Below, piece after piece: positions 18,205-27,107 of a stretch of 64,000 bases of DNA; the stretch's first letter is position 1, and every line of letters begins with the position of its first letter. The notes beneath the pieces were generated by a model. It ran no database searches. It was not told the origin of the DNA and worked only from the letters and a program-made list of their open reading frames with translations. The stretch is from positions 2,560,001 to 2,624,000 of the forward strand of contig OY820905.2 in the NCBI GenBank assembly GCA_963555755.3, given 5' to 3'. The position numbers were made by a program, and so were the translations under genes. The DNA is from Nitrospirales bacterium (GTDB lineage: Bacteria; Nitrospirota; Nitrospiria; Nitrospirales; UBA8639).

Positions 18205-20655
18205 CTATGCAGAAACAGGTTGCAGCCTCACATACTGAACAATAGATAACTTTGCCAGCGCTTTCAATTGCTCGATGGAGATATAACCGATAACAAGCTG
18301 GCCCGATTTGGGTTTTGTGATAAGTTTGAATCCTAACTCCTGTAATTGGTACAGATTCTCGGATGTGGTATCCGTGAGCCATACTTGGACCATAACTTTT
18401 CCATTCTGAATCTTCGCAGATTCTTCGGCACTGAACGTCTCCCTTTTCTCCTTCTTTTTCGCAATACGCAACAAAGTGGAATCCAATTTAGATTGGGGCT
18501 CATTGGGTCTTTTCATGAAGACCCGTTTCTCCAATCTTTCAAACATTGGTGACGCGGAGGCATCTGCGGTTACCATTCCGCCAAGAAGACTCTGACTCAT
18601 TTTTGCCATAGGCTTCATCGCACGCATACGGTAACCGTGCGATACCTGATCATCTCGTCCAAAGACGCCTTCATAGCTGACGCCCTCCGGCAATTCCACC
18701 GGTACCTCTATGCGCCGTGGTTGTCCACCTTCCGTAATGATTAATTCTTCTACCGCCACAAATGATGTGAACCGGGTCATCAGCCGATAGTCCAAGCCTA
18801 GTTGGGTGATGGATTCCTGGACCTTGGGCTGGGGGGTGCCTTGCTGAATACCCCGGTAGTTTTGGGCCATGAGATCCGCAATTTTCGTCCGGGCCCACAG
18901 GGTCGCGAGCACATCATGATTGGGCTCAAACCCTGGAAACTCCACTTCAATCTTTCGCACAACCGAACGTCCCGCGACTTTCCCTCGTAACCGAATAGTG
19001 GCCTTCCCTGGAGTAGTGTATCGTCCAGTCAACACCAATGGTTTGGCACTAAAGAGATCGGGAAGCCGTTTGGGGTATACATCGGAGACATCTACGTCGT
19101 CCCAGTCCACGGAAATATCGGTCAACAAGGGATGTTGAATCCGCTCATGGAAACGGCGGGCTGCTGCAGATCCGTCTTCATTCAATCCCACATACTCCAC
19201 TTCGCCGCGCCCATGTTCCGCCATCTTGTCTAATAAAAAACGATTGACGCTGCTCCCAATCCCAAACGCAAAGACTCGGGCGTTGGGATGATTCTGAATT
19301 TCTCCTAGAATCGCCATATCATTCCCGATATACCCATCGGTCATAAAGCAGACGATCCGCACATGTTCCTGCGAATCGGAGGGATCTAACGCCGCGCGAA
19401 TGGCTGTCATCATTTCAGTTCCACCTCCACCCCTGCGGGAAGACAAAAATGCTTGGGCTTTTCGCACATTCGAAGAGGTAGCTGGAACCGGCTCGGGAAA
19501 GAGAACATGGGTATCGCCAGCAAAGGTGATGAGATTAAACGTATCACGCGGGTTGAGCCCATCAATGGCCAGACGCATCGTTTCTTTGGCCTTTTCAATG
19601 GGAAACCCAGACATGGACCCTGACGTGTCGAGTACGAAGACCAATTCCTTGGGCGTGACTTGATCCGTTTTCACGCGATCCGGCGGCTGCAACAAGAGAG
19701 TAAAAACCCCACCCTTCCCATTTCGATGAGTCAGCACGGCATCACGTATATCTTTTCCCGCCACTGCATACGTCAGGATAAAGTCTTTATTGGGAATGGT
19801 TGCGTTCTGTTCGAGGTGGACTTCAGTCGGAGAATCCTTAGAGGGGTTCACTACAATATCATGCGTGGTTGATTGGACGTGATGAATGGGGACCCCAGCG
19901 TCGATTGTCACAGAGATCGACAGATCATGTCCGAAACGAGTGCCTGGTTTCAGCACAGGCGGAGTGATATGTGAAGCATCTTGGTCGGTGTCATAGGCCC
20001 ACCCCCCACCCAAGGGTAGCGTTGGTGCAATAGGTTGGCCAGGGATGTACCGTGGACCCACCACCATGGGGAACACCACCGAATAGACTCCACCGTCATA
20101 GGACAAGGTCTCCACATAGCTGATCGTAATCGTCACTGTCTCACCTGGCAAAATATTCGCCACGGATTGGGTAAAGATATTGGGTCGCTCTTGATCCAAC
20201 AACCCAGCAACATTCCCACGTCGTTTCGCGGCTTCATACATGGCTCGAGCCTCTTCCCGCTTTTTGATGGTGCCTTTCACAACCCGATCGCCAACGGTAA
20301 GCGTCATAGCATCCACTGCCGCGTTCTGCGGTAGAGGGAAGGTGTAGACAGCCTCAATTTTGTCGGAATAGGGATTCTCGAACTGCTGGGTCACCTGAGC
20401 CCGGGCAAGAGGCCCACTGACCTGAATCGAGACATCGGTATGTTTGAGAGGAAAGGATTGCGTCAGTTTTCCATCGGCGTCTACCCCGATTAAAGCCCCG
20501 GACTCATCGCCGACCCACTCTGTACTCGCATGGGCAACCGGAGTGGAATATTCGCCAATTCCCCACAATCCTCCAACCACAATGGCTATGGCCCCCGCTA
20601 AACCTCCAATCAATGCCCAGCCGAAAACCCCTTTCCCACCATTTTTGACATTCAT
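18205..20655 (-). CDS. VIT + vWA domain protein without a sortase tail
   Basis: N-terminal TM, VIT domain, DTSGSM, MTDG. Confidence 0.9.
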   Translation of the reverse strand: MNVKNGGKGVFGWALIGGLAGAIAIVVGGLWGIGEYSTPVAHASTEWVGDESGALIGVDADGKLTQSFPLKHTDVSIQVSGPLARAQVTQQFENPYSDKIEAVYTFPLPQNAAVDAMTLTVGDRVVKGTIKKREEARAMYEAAKRRGNVAGLLDQERPNIFTQSVANILPGETVTITISYVETLSYDGGVYSVVFPMVVGPRYIPGQPIAPTLPLGGGWAYDTDQDASHITPPVLKPGTRFGHDLSISVTIDAGVPIHHVQSTTHDIVVNPSKDSPTEVHLEQNATIPNKDFILTYAVAGKDIRDAVLTHRNGKGGVFTLLLQPPDRVKTDQVTPKELVFVLDTSGSMSGFPIEKAKETMRLAIDGLNPRDTFNLITFAGDTHVLFPEPVPATSSNVRKAQAFLSSRRGGGGTEMMTAIRAALDPSDSQEHVRIVCFMTDGYIGNDMAILGEIQNHPNARVFAFGIGSSVNRFLLDKMAEHGRGEVEYVGLNEDGSAAARRFHERIQHPLLTDISVDWDDVDVSDVYPKRLPDLFSAKPLVLTGRYTTPGKATIRLRGKVAGRSVVRKIEVEFPGFEPNHDVLATLWARTKIADLMAQNYRGIQQGTPQPKVQESITQLGLDYRLMTRFTSFVAVEELIITEGGQPRRIEVPVELPEGVSYEGVFGRDDQVSHGYRMRAMKPMAKMSQSLLGGMVTADASASPMFERLEKRVFMKRPNEPQSKLDSTLLRIAKKKEKRETFSAEESAKIQNGKVMVQVWLTDTTSENLYQLQELGFKLITKPKSGQLVIGYISIEQLKALAKLSIVQYVRLQPVSA

Positions 20656-20727
20656 GAGTTCCCTCCTTTCATTCAGCGGCTCCATGCCGCTTCAGTGAGG
20701 AGATGGCACCACTTCCCCAATCCTTTC

Positions 20728-20851
20728 AGGGAGTGTTGAAAAAGCCCGCCAGCGGCGTTCTCATTGCTCGAAGGGCTCAACGTACGAAGCGTACGCCTCG
20801 CCCTCCTCGCTGCTTGCGGCCTTGCTGGACGACCTTTTTCAACAGCACCTT
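20728..20851. mobile_element. MITE family A (diverged)
   Basis: TGTTGAAAAAG...CTTTTTCAACA ends and shared core. Confidence 0.65.
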
Positions 20852-21023
20852 CAGCGCGATAGGGTAGGAAAGAAAAAATTCTCTAACCTAAATATGGGAA
20901 GTGTTGGGGGAGGGACCAAAGGGTGAAATGAGGTGTGTGTTTTATCTATATCGTGATTTCGTCATATCCCTGCCATGGATCAAACCTAAGCTGTTACCCG
21001 GTAATTGAAATCTATTGGACTAA

Positions 21024-21180
21024 GGGCTCGCGCAAGAATAACTTCCCATGTTTGGGCGTCGATCCATTCTGCCTGGCGGCGTTGCTCGTCCTTTCCATAC
21101 GAGGAGTATGCGCAGTCCTCGCGCCTTGCCAGACAGGCGTCTCAGCACCCAAACATGGGAAGTTATTCTTGCGCGAGCCC
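21024..21180. mobile_element. MITE family B
   Basis: Long TIR GGGCTCGCGCAAGAATAACTTCCC; TAA duplicated on both sides. Confidence 0.85.
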
Positions 21181-22647
21181 TAAAGGAATATCAACCCGAA
21201 ACGGCGTTTCGGGTTTGGGGTGCGGATCCATGACCCAAAACCCCTGGTTTCCTGGTTGGTGTAATCTGTTTGTTAATTGATCCTGACTCCTTTCCTCTCC
21301 AAGCCATGTTCCTAATTCCGATATCGGAGTGGATGACAACAGTATTGTTACAGACGAGACTGCGGGCTTTCCGAATTTATTCGTTAATTGATTTAATGGA
21401 AAAGTCACAGGTTGATAGGCCTTCACGTTGATGGCCCCATCAGAGGACCTTGGGCCTGTTTGAGATTCTGGACTCATCAATTTCCATTTTCCATTTTCCA
21501 AATCTGTCAAAACATACAAATACCCCGTAACATTCGATGTTATTCCAAGTCGAAGATTCGCCCAACTTCCGGAAAAATGTTCAATGTCTATTGCATCATC
21601 TTTGCCGTCTGACGTTCCGTGAACAAAGCTGTATCGAATGCCTCGGGTTGGCAACTCAGAATCATCCGGAACGGCCTCTTGTGTCATCTCCAGATTCAAG
21701 GATTGTTTTTCTAATACCCTCTCCTTTTCAGAAGACATTCCACCAAAAAGCTGGGATGCGCGCCTGTTACCAATGGCTTCCCTTTCACCCTCGGGCTGTC
21801 TGCCTTTTTCGGCAAAAAATAAATCTCTGACACCCGTTGACGACGGAGCATCACTCCGGTGCATTCGATCGGCAAAGGTTTGTGCTTGAGGCAATTGTTG
21901 AAAGCCTTCTTCTCTTTTTTCCATGTTTCCAACAGACGGAGTCATTAAACGGTATTCTTGGGAAAAAGATTGATCCATGGCAGACTCTAGACCCTGAATG
22001 TCTGGCTCTTTAGCTTTGGGCAAATGTTCTTTTTTTACCATTTGCCGAAAGGCTCGTTTAGAAAAACCTGCTACCGGGGCTTCATCCATACGCTCCCTGT
22101 CTTTTGAAGCTTTTGCGATAGCCGGAGGCTCTGTTACGGGAGATTGAGCGGGCATGGAGGCAACCGGAGCCGGTTTACTTTGTGGTTTGTTCTGTCCCTC
22201 GCGGATTGGCGGCTTTCTTGTCTCCATTCTGGATGATTGAGCTATGGTGGCCATCGTGTCTTTGTCCTCAGACAACGAACGTTCGGCTTGGAGTTCTTCC
22301 TGGACCACGGGACCCCAAAGTTCTTCCATTTGCCACCCAAAAATGAGAGCGAGGCCCATCGCGGCGATGCTTCCGGCCCAAGCGAGAGAAGATGGTTGCC
22401 GGAACCAGCGAAGCTGCGGGCTATGAATGGCGGCCATCCCCTGCGGATTCCCTGATGCCTGTAGACTATCCAGGATTCGTTGACGTGCTTCCGGGTTGGC
22501 CAGCAGGGCTCTCAAAGCCTCTTCATCAGCCAACACATCAAACAAGGTTTGATCATTAAGGGCTGCCGCAAATAATTGGCGCTTTTCCTCTTCGGTGAGC
22601 GTATTCGTGGCATAGCCGCCAAGGATCTGTTCCCAGGACTTGGACAT
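21163..22647 (-). CDS. Putative anti-sigma-type membrane protein with DUF4384-like C-terminal domain
   Basis: Coupled to the ECF sigma gene; LGGYATNTL N-terminus, one TM, TGYLYVL motif. Confidence 0.6.
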   Translation of the reverse strand: MSKSWEQILGGYATNTLTEEEKRQLFAAALNDQTLFDVLADEEALRALLANPEARQRILDSLQASGNPQGMAAIHSPQLRWFRQPSSLAWAGSIAAMGLALIFGWQMEELWGPVVQEELQAERSLSEDKDTMATIAQSSRMETRKPPIREGQNKPQSKPAPVASMPAQSPVTEPPAIAKASKDRERMDEAPVAGFSKRAFRQMVKKEHLPKAKEPDIQGLESAMDQSFSQEYRLMTPSVGNMEKREEGFQQLPQAQTFADRMHRSDAPSSTGVRDLFFAEKGRQPEGEREAIGNRRASQLFGGMSSEKERVLEKQSLNLEMTQEAVPDDSELPTRGIRYSFVHGTSDGKDDAIDIEHFSGSWANLRLGITSNVTGYLYVLTDLENGKWKLMSPESQTGPRSSDGAINVKAYQPVTFPLNQLTNKFGKPAVSSVTILLSSTPISELGTWLGEERSQDQLTNRLHQPGNQGFWVMDPHPKPETPFRVDIPLGLAQE

Positions 22648-23204
22648 CAGCCTACTGTCTCCTTATTGGGTACCGAACCCTTCCCTTTCAGCGGAAGTGT
22701 CTCCCATACTCCACCCATTAAAATTAGGAGTTGTTTGCGACACCGCGAATCCCACGTATAAATCGTATTAATTGAGCGTTCGCCCAGAATCTTTTGGATT
22801 TCTGGAAAGGTATGGCCTTCCAGTTTCAGACGAAATAGGTTTTGGCATCGCTCACCTAATTGCTGTATTGCAGCAATCAGGTGTGTCACCCGCTCATTCT
22901 GCTCGGCTTGCATAGCTGGGTCATCTCCTGGATCGACAAGCATGTGATCATCCACTGACTCCTGGTTGTATTCCCCATGCCGAAGGGTTTTGCGGTGACG
23001 GTCCAGCATTTTATACCGAAGGATTTGAAAGGACAGGGGAACGAGTTCAGTCAATTCCGTCACGTGTGGATATTTTTCATGCAAGACCATCAGGACATCC
23101 TGGGTTAAATCTTCGGCCCCTTCCCTTACACCACGAGATGTCGCAAAAGCCAAAATCCTTTCACGGAGCCGGCACAGGATTTCCTCACGAGTCAGTGCTC
23201 CCAT
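22647..23204 (-). CDS. ECF sigma-70 factor
   Basis: AEDLTQDV region 2 and region 4 HTH; 185 aa. Confidence 0.85.
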   Translation of the reverse strand: MGALTREEILCRLRERILAFATSRGVREGAEDLTQDVLMVLHEKYPHVTELTELVPLSFQILRYKMLDRHRKTLRHGEYNQESVDDHMLVDPGDDPAMQAEQNERVTHLIAAIQQLGERCQNLFRLKLEGHTFPEIQKILGERSINTIYTWDSRCRKQLLILMGGVWETLPLKGKGSVPNKETVG

Positions 23205-23439
23205 TCTGTTACCGTCACTCCTCCCAACCGTGTTCCGGCAAATCAGTATTTCCCGTATGACTCAATGATACCACTTCTGCATCCGGTATATGGTTTCTTT
23301 TCATTGATGGAGGCGGTTTAGGAAAATTAAAGTGGGTAGAGTAGAGCACTGGTGCATACATGGAGCTGCTCTCGAACGCTTCGACGCACGCGTCTACCAC
23401 GGACCATAGCAGTCAGCACTTCCCAGCGCCCCCTCATCA

Positions 23440-25433
23440 GTAGGGTCGAGGACTGGCGCGCCAACGGTAGGGTTCGGTGGCTCCTCCACCCCTTTCGGAA
23501 TGGGCCTCAGTCCGACTCCCCTGGTCACGGTTCCAGTCCCCGCCACCTCAAACCCGGCGTGCTGATTTCCAGCACCGGGCTTTCCTGGATGCTTCACCTC
23601 AAGGGTTATGTGACCTATCAGCCTGGAAGGACTTTCATGCCGACCCGTTGTACCGCACTCGGTAATCTCCATATAAGCCAAGTACCGTGTAGAGCCAAAC
23701 CTTACTCCACCTCTTCCAGCCAAAACCTCGACGGTGGCGCACTCGCATCATGTGCCGCCGGACCTTCCGCTCCACCCAATCCTTCACGTAGGATAAACAC
23801 CGACTCGCATGCCCAATCCGGAAGTAGTTCACCCAGCCCCGTACGATCGGATTGATCATGGCGATCATCCGTCCCACCGGCTGGGATTGCCCGCGTCGGA
23901 ACACTTCCTTGAGCTTCCGCAGCAACGCGGTGCGCCGCTTCACCTTCGGTATGTACTGCGGGCGCCACACTCCACGCCGCGACCGCACACGCCGAAAGTC
24001 AAAGCCCAGAAAGCCGAAGCTGCCTCCCTGACTCAGGTCCACGATTCGGCTCTTCTCCTCATTCACCTGAAGGTCTAATTGGGCCAACGCCTCTCGCAGC
24101 TTCCGCTCCGCAACCTGCGCCAGTTGTGCGTGGCGGCGATAGCCATCCACTAACACGACGAGGTCATCCGCAAACCGGACATACTCGAGATACGTATACT
24201 GGCCCTGCCGGGTTGTCTCCTTCAGCTGCTCCAGCCTCTCATCCACTTCCGTGAGATAGAGGTTGGCCAGCAGCGGGGAAATCACACCCCCTTGAGGCAC
24301 CCCACGCGGGCCGGACGCCTTGACGATGAGTTTCACCAGCCGCAGGATCGCGGGATCCTGGATGCGTCGGGCCACCTTCGCCAGCAGCCGGTCATGCCGC
24401 ACCGTGTCGAAGAAGGCCGCCAGATCCACATCAATCACTCGCGTCTTGTTCTGCACCATCGCCTGAGCCACCCGGCCAATCGCCTGGTGGGCTGTCCGTT
24501 TCGGTCGATACCCATACGACCCATCACGAAAATCCGCCTCAAAGATCGGTTCCAGCAGGAGCTTGAGCGCTCCCTGTACCACGCGGTCCCGAATCGCGGG
24601 TATCCCTAAGACGCGGACTCGTCCACCGCCTTTCGAAATCTCCACGTGCCGGTTCCGCATCGGTCGGTAGGTCTGCGTGACCAGTTCGTCCCGTAGTCGT
24701 GCAAGAAAGGGCTCCACCCCCGTGGCCTCGATGCCAGCAAACGTCACCCCATCAATGCCGGGGGCTCCGTTGTTTTTCTTGGCCATCGAATAGGCCGCGC
24801 GTAGCGTCGCCTCTTTGCACACGTGGACGTACAGGCCCCACACCCGCCATCGCTTCTCAGCCTTCGCCTTGACGTAGAGCCGCTGTCGCAGGTCTTGCAG
24901 TGTAATGGACGCCGTTGTCATCTCGTCCCTGCCTCCCATGTTGATCACAGCCTACAGCCAGTAGGGCTCCTTTGCTCCACAGGCATGACCCTGCTTCCTC
25001 GCTCCTACGAGCCCCTCCGCCACCCTCTCGTCTTCGGCTCACTTCCCAGAGAGCTGGTTATAGAGCCGATCTTCCTCCAGGGATTTCTCCCTGGGACGAG
25101 GAGGGCTTCTCCAGTTGCGTCGTCTGTCCTTGCTCCCGTGCTGTCGCTCTCACCCCGCCGGAGTGGCCAGGCGTCTCAGCCTTGGTTCGCCTGTCCATGC
25201 CGTCTTCGTCCTACGGACAGGGACTCGACCTCCGAGGTTTCATACTTTCGAGGCTACCTCTGCGTTCACTTGCGTTACGGCCCGGGAACTCGCTCACCAT
25301 CCTCTACGATGGCTTTGTCGATGGGCTTCAGCGTCTCGGTTTCTCTCCACGCTGCCATCCAAGCTACAGGGCTCAGGCTCTTACCCTGGTGGGCTTGCTT
25401 CCCACTGAACAGTCTCGCCTTACCTGGACACAC
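23440..25433 (-). mobile_element. Inner group II intron encoding an RT/maturase
   Basis: 5' GTGTG, 3' CCCTAC, DV at about 23550-23583, EBS1 GTCCGT (25213-25218). Confidence 0.92.
23635..24921 (-). CDS. ltrA: Group II intron reverse transcriptase/maturase without endonuclease domain
   Basis: GAPGIDG, LGIPAIRDRVVQ, PQGGVISP, FADD, RGWVNYF. Confidence 0.95.
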   Translation of the reverse strand: MTTASITLQDLRQRLYVKAKAEKRWRVWGLYVHVCKEATLRAAYSMAKKNNGAPGIDGVTFAGIEATGVEPFLARLRDELVTQTYRPMRNRHVEISKGGGRVRVLGIPAIRDRVVQGALKLLLEPIFEADFRDGSYGYRPKRTAHQAIGRVAQAMVQNKTRVIDVDLAAFFDTVRHDRLLAKVARRIQDPAILRLVKLIVKASGPRGVPQGGVISPLLANLYLTEVDERLEQLKETTRQGQYTYLEYVRFADDLVVLVDGYRRHAQLAQVAERKLREALAQLDLQVNEEKSRIVDLSQGGSFGFLGFDFRRVRSRRGVWRPQYIPKVKRRTALLRKLKEVFRRGQSQPVGRMIAMINPIVRGWVNYFRIGHASRCLSYVKDWVERKVRRHMMRVRHRRGFGWKRWSKVWLYTVLGLYGDYRVRYNGSA

Positions 25434-26159
25434 ATCCGTGCGTATGGTTTTCCCATACACGGCTTTCCGATGTTCTTCTTCCAGCGGCATGCGTCTGTCA
25501 TCAAGCAATAGCCAAATTCAGACTTGGCCTTCTGAGATAGTTTCCTCTGTAGTGTCCTGATCGTGCTCGGGGTGGTTAGCGCAATGGCAATCCCCTGATC
25601 CTCCACTCGTCGGAAACGTGAACAAAGTAGGGTCCCTTCCCTCGGGCCGGGTTGTGTTGTCCCAGGCTCTCCAACGGTACTATGAACCCCTCCGACTCCC
25701 ACGACGGCCCGCAGCGATTTCGGTATCCCTTATACGCCTCAGTTGCTGGTTCTGCGCCAGCACCGTCGCGGGTCTCCCGTCCTGCACGGTGTCTCTTCCG
25801 CCACATGCCATCCCTGCTACCCCGGAAGATCCTGAGGGTGGGTGTTCGTTCTGCTCCCTCAAACGGCGGCCTTCCCCTTCTGACCACAGGGTCGGCATCT
25901 CCAATTCGTTTACGAGGCTACATCTAGGTTCGCTTGCGCTACGGCCTGCGGCTTTGCCCATGGGAAACTTCAACCCCTGATTACTCAGACGCTGCTTCCC
26001 GGTACTAGAAAGGTGTACGAACAACTCCTTTCGCGGGACTTCAACCCGCTAGACACACCGCCGATGACGGCATGCGGTCAGACTCGATTAAAACTGGAAT
26101 TCTTAGTAAAACTGTCCTGCGTTTTTATTTCTTCGAAGTTGCCCCCTAGATTTTTCATT

Positions 26160-27101
26160 TTAAGCCTGGCCGGTCCTGCTAGATTGTCGTGCCAGATTGA
26201 CTAACACCCCTTCCCGTAGTCCGTATTCGCTGACGAGGCATTGATCCTGCCGGAGTTCTTCCATGATGCAACGGAGAATGAGTGTGCCGGCGGCAATGAC
26301 TTCTTCGCGGCCAGGCTCTAACCCGGGGATGCTAGTGCGTTCTGATTTTTTTCGAGGGAAAATGGTTTGCTCGATGATTTTCACCGTTTCGAGTGTCAGG
26401 GTGTAATTATGTATGCGCTCGGGAACATATGTTGTGAGCCCTTGGGCGATGGCCGCCAGGGACGTGATGGTCCCGGCGGTTCCGACGAAGGTCAGGCCAG
26501 ATATGTCGCCTAGGGTGGTTAGAGCTCGTTGGGTTGAGGAATGGATGAGTTGTTCGGCTTCTTGAATTTCAGATGCTGATGGCGGATCACTTTTTAATAC
26601 ACGCTCTGATAATCGGACCACGCCAATGTCAATCGAGATGGCTTTCGGAGGTTGCCCCTCGCGACTGACGATAAATTCCGTGCTGCCGCCACCAATATCC
26701 AGGCCCAACATGTCATGAATTTGGTCCAGGAACCCTGAGCGAAGACCTAGAAGCGTTCGTCGCGCCTCCTCTTCTCCATCAATGACTTCAACTTCCACCC
26801 CGGCTTCCTGTTTGACTCGTTGGAGGAATTCCTCACGATTGCAAGCTTCTCGCACGGCGCTCGTGGCCACGGCAATGGAGGCTTGGACACCATGTTGATC
26901 AATCACTCCTTGCCACTCTCTTATCGCTTCGATGACCCGAGTCATGGCTTCGGGTTTGAGTTGCTTGGTTTGATCGACGCCTTCACCCAATCGTAAAATC
27001 TTCCTGCCGGAGTACACTGTTTTTACTGGGCCGTGACCGTCCACTTCCCCGATGAGCAGACGACACGTGAGGGTGCCGATGTCGATGCATGCTACTCGCA
27101 T
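26160..27101 (-). CDS. ppx: Ppx/GppA family phosphatase
   Basis: IDIGT, ATSAVREA, DIGGGSTE, GLREG. Confidence 0.9.
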   Translation of the reverse strand: MRVACIDIGTLTCRLLIGEVDGHGPVKTVYSGRKILRLGEGVDQTKQLKPEAMTRVIEAIREWQGVIDQHGVQASIAVATSAVREACNREEFLQRVKQEAGVEVEVIDGEEEARRTLLGLRSGFLDQIHDMLGLDIGGGSTEFIVSREGQPPKAISIDIGVVRLSERVLKSDPPSASEIQEAEQLIHSSTQRALTTLGDISGLTFVGTAGTITSLAAIAQGLTTYVPERIHNYTLTLETVKIIEQTIFPRKKSERTSIPGLEPGREEVIAAGTLILRCIMEELRQDQCLVSEYGLREGVLVNLARQSSRTGQA

Positions 27102-27107
27102 GAAACC

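Larger units (their letters stand above)
23336..26075 (-). mobile_element. Outer ORF-less group II intron (746 nt once the inner intron is removed)
   Basis: Split DV at 25434-25465; DVI ending CTCTAC at 23336; EBS1 GGTCAG (25880-25885) complementary to upstream exon CTGACC. Confidence 0.85.

Noticed and set aside
23635..24921. Retron, DGR or defence-associated RT
   Set aside because: The protein has a group II maturase domain and sits inside a complete ribozyme; no TR/VR pair was seen.
24823..26024. Several overlapping ORFs of 100-245 aa
   Set aside because: They lie within intron RNA domains; only the short RT stub looks meaningful.
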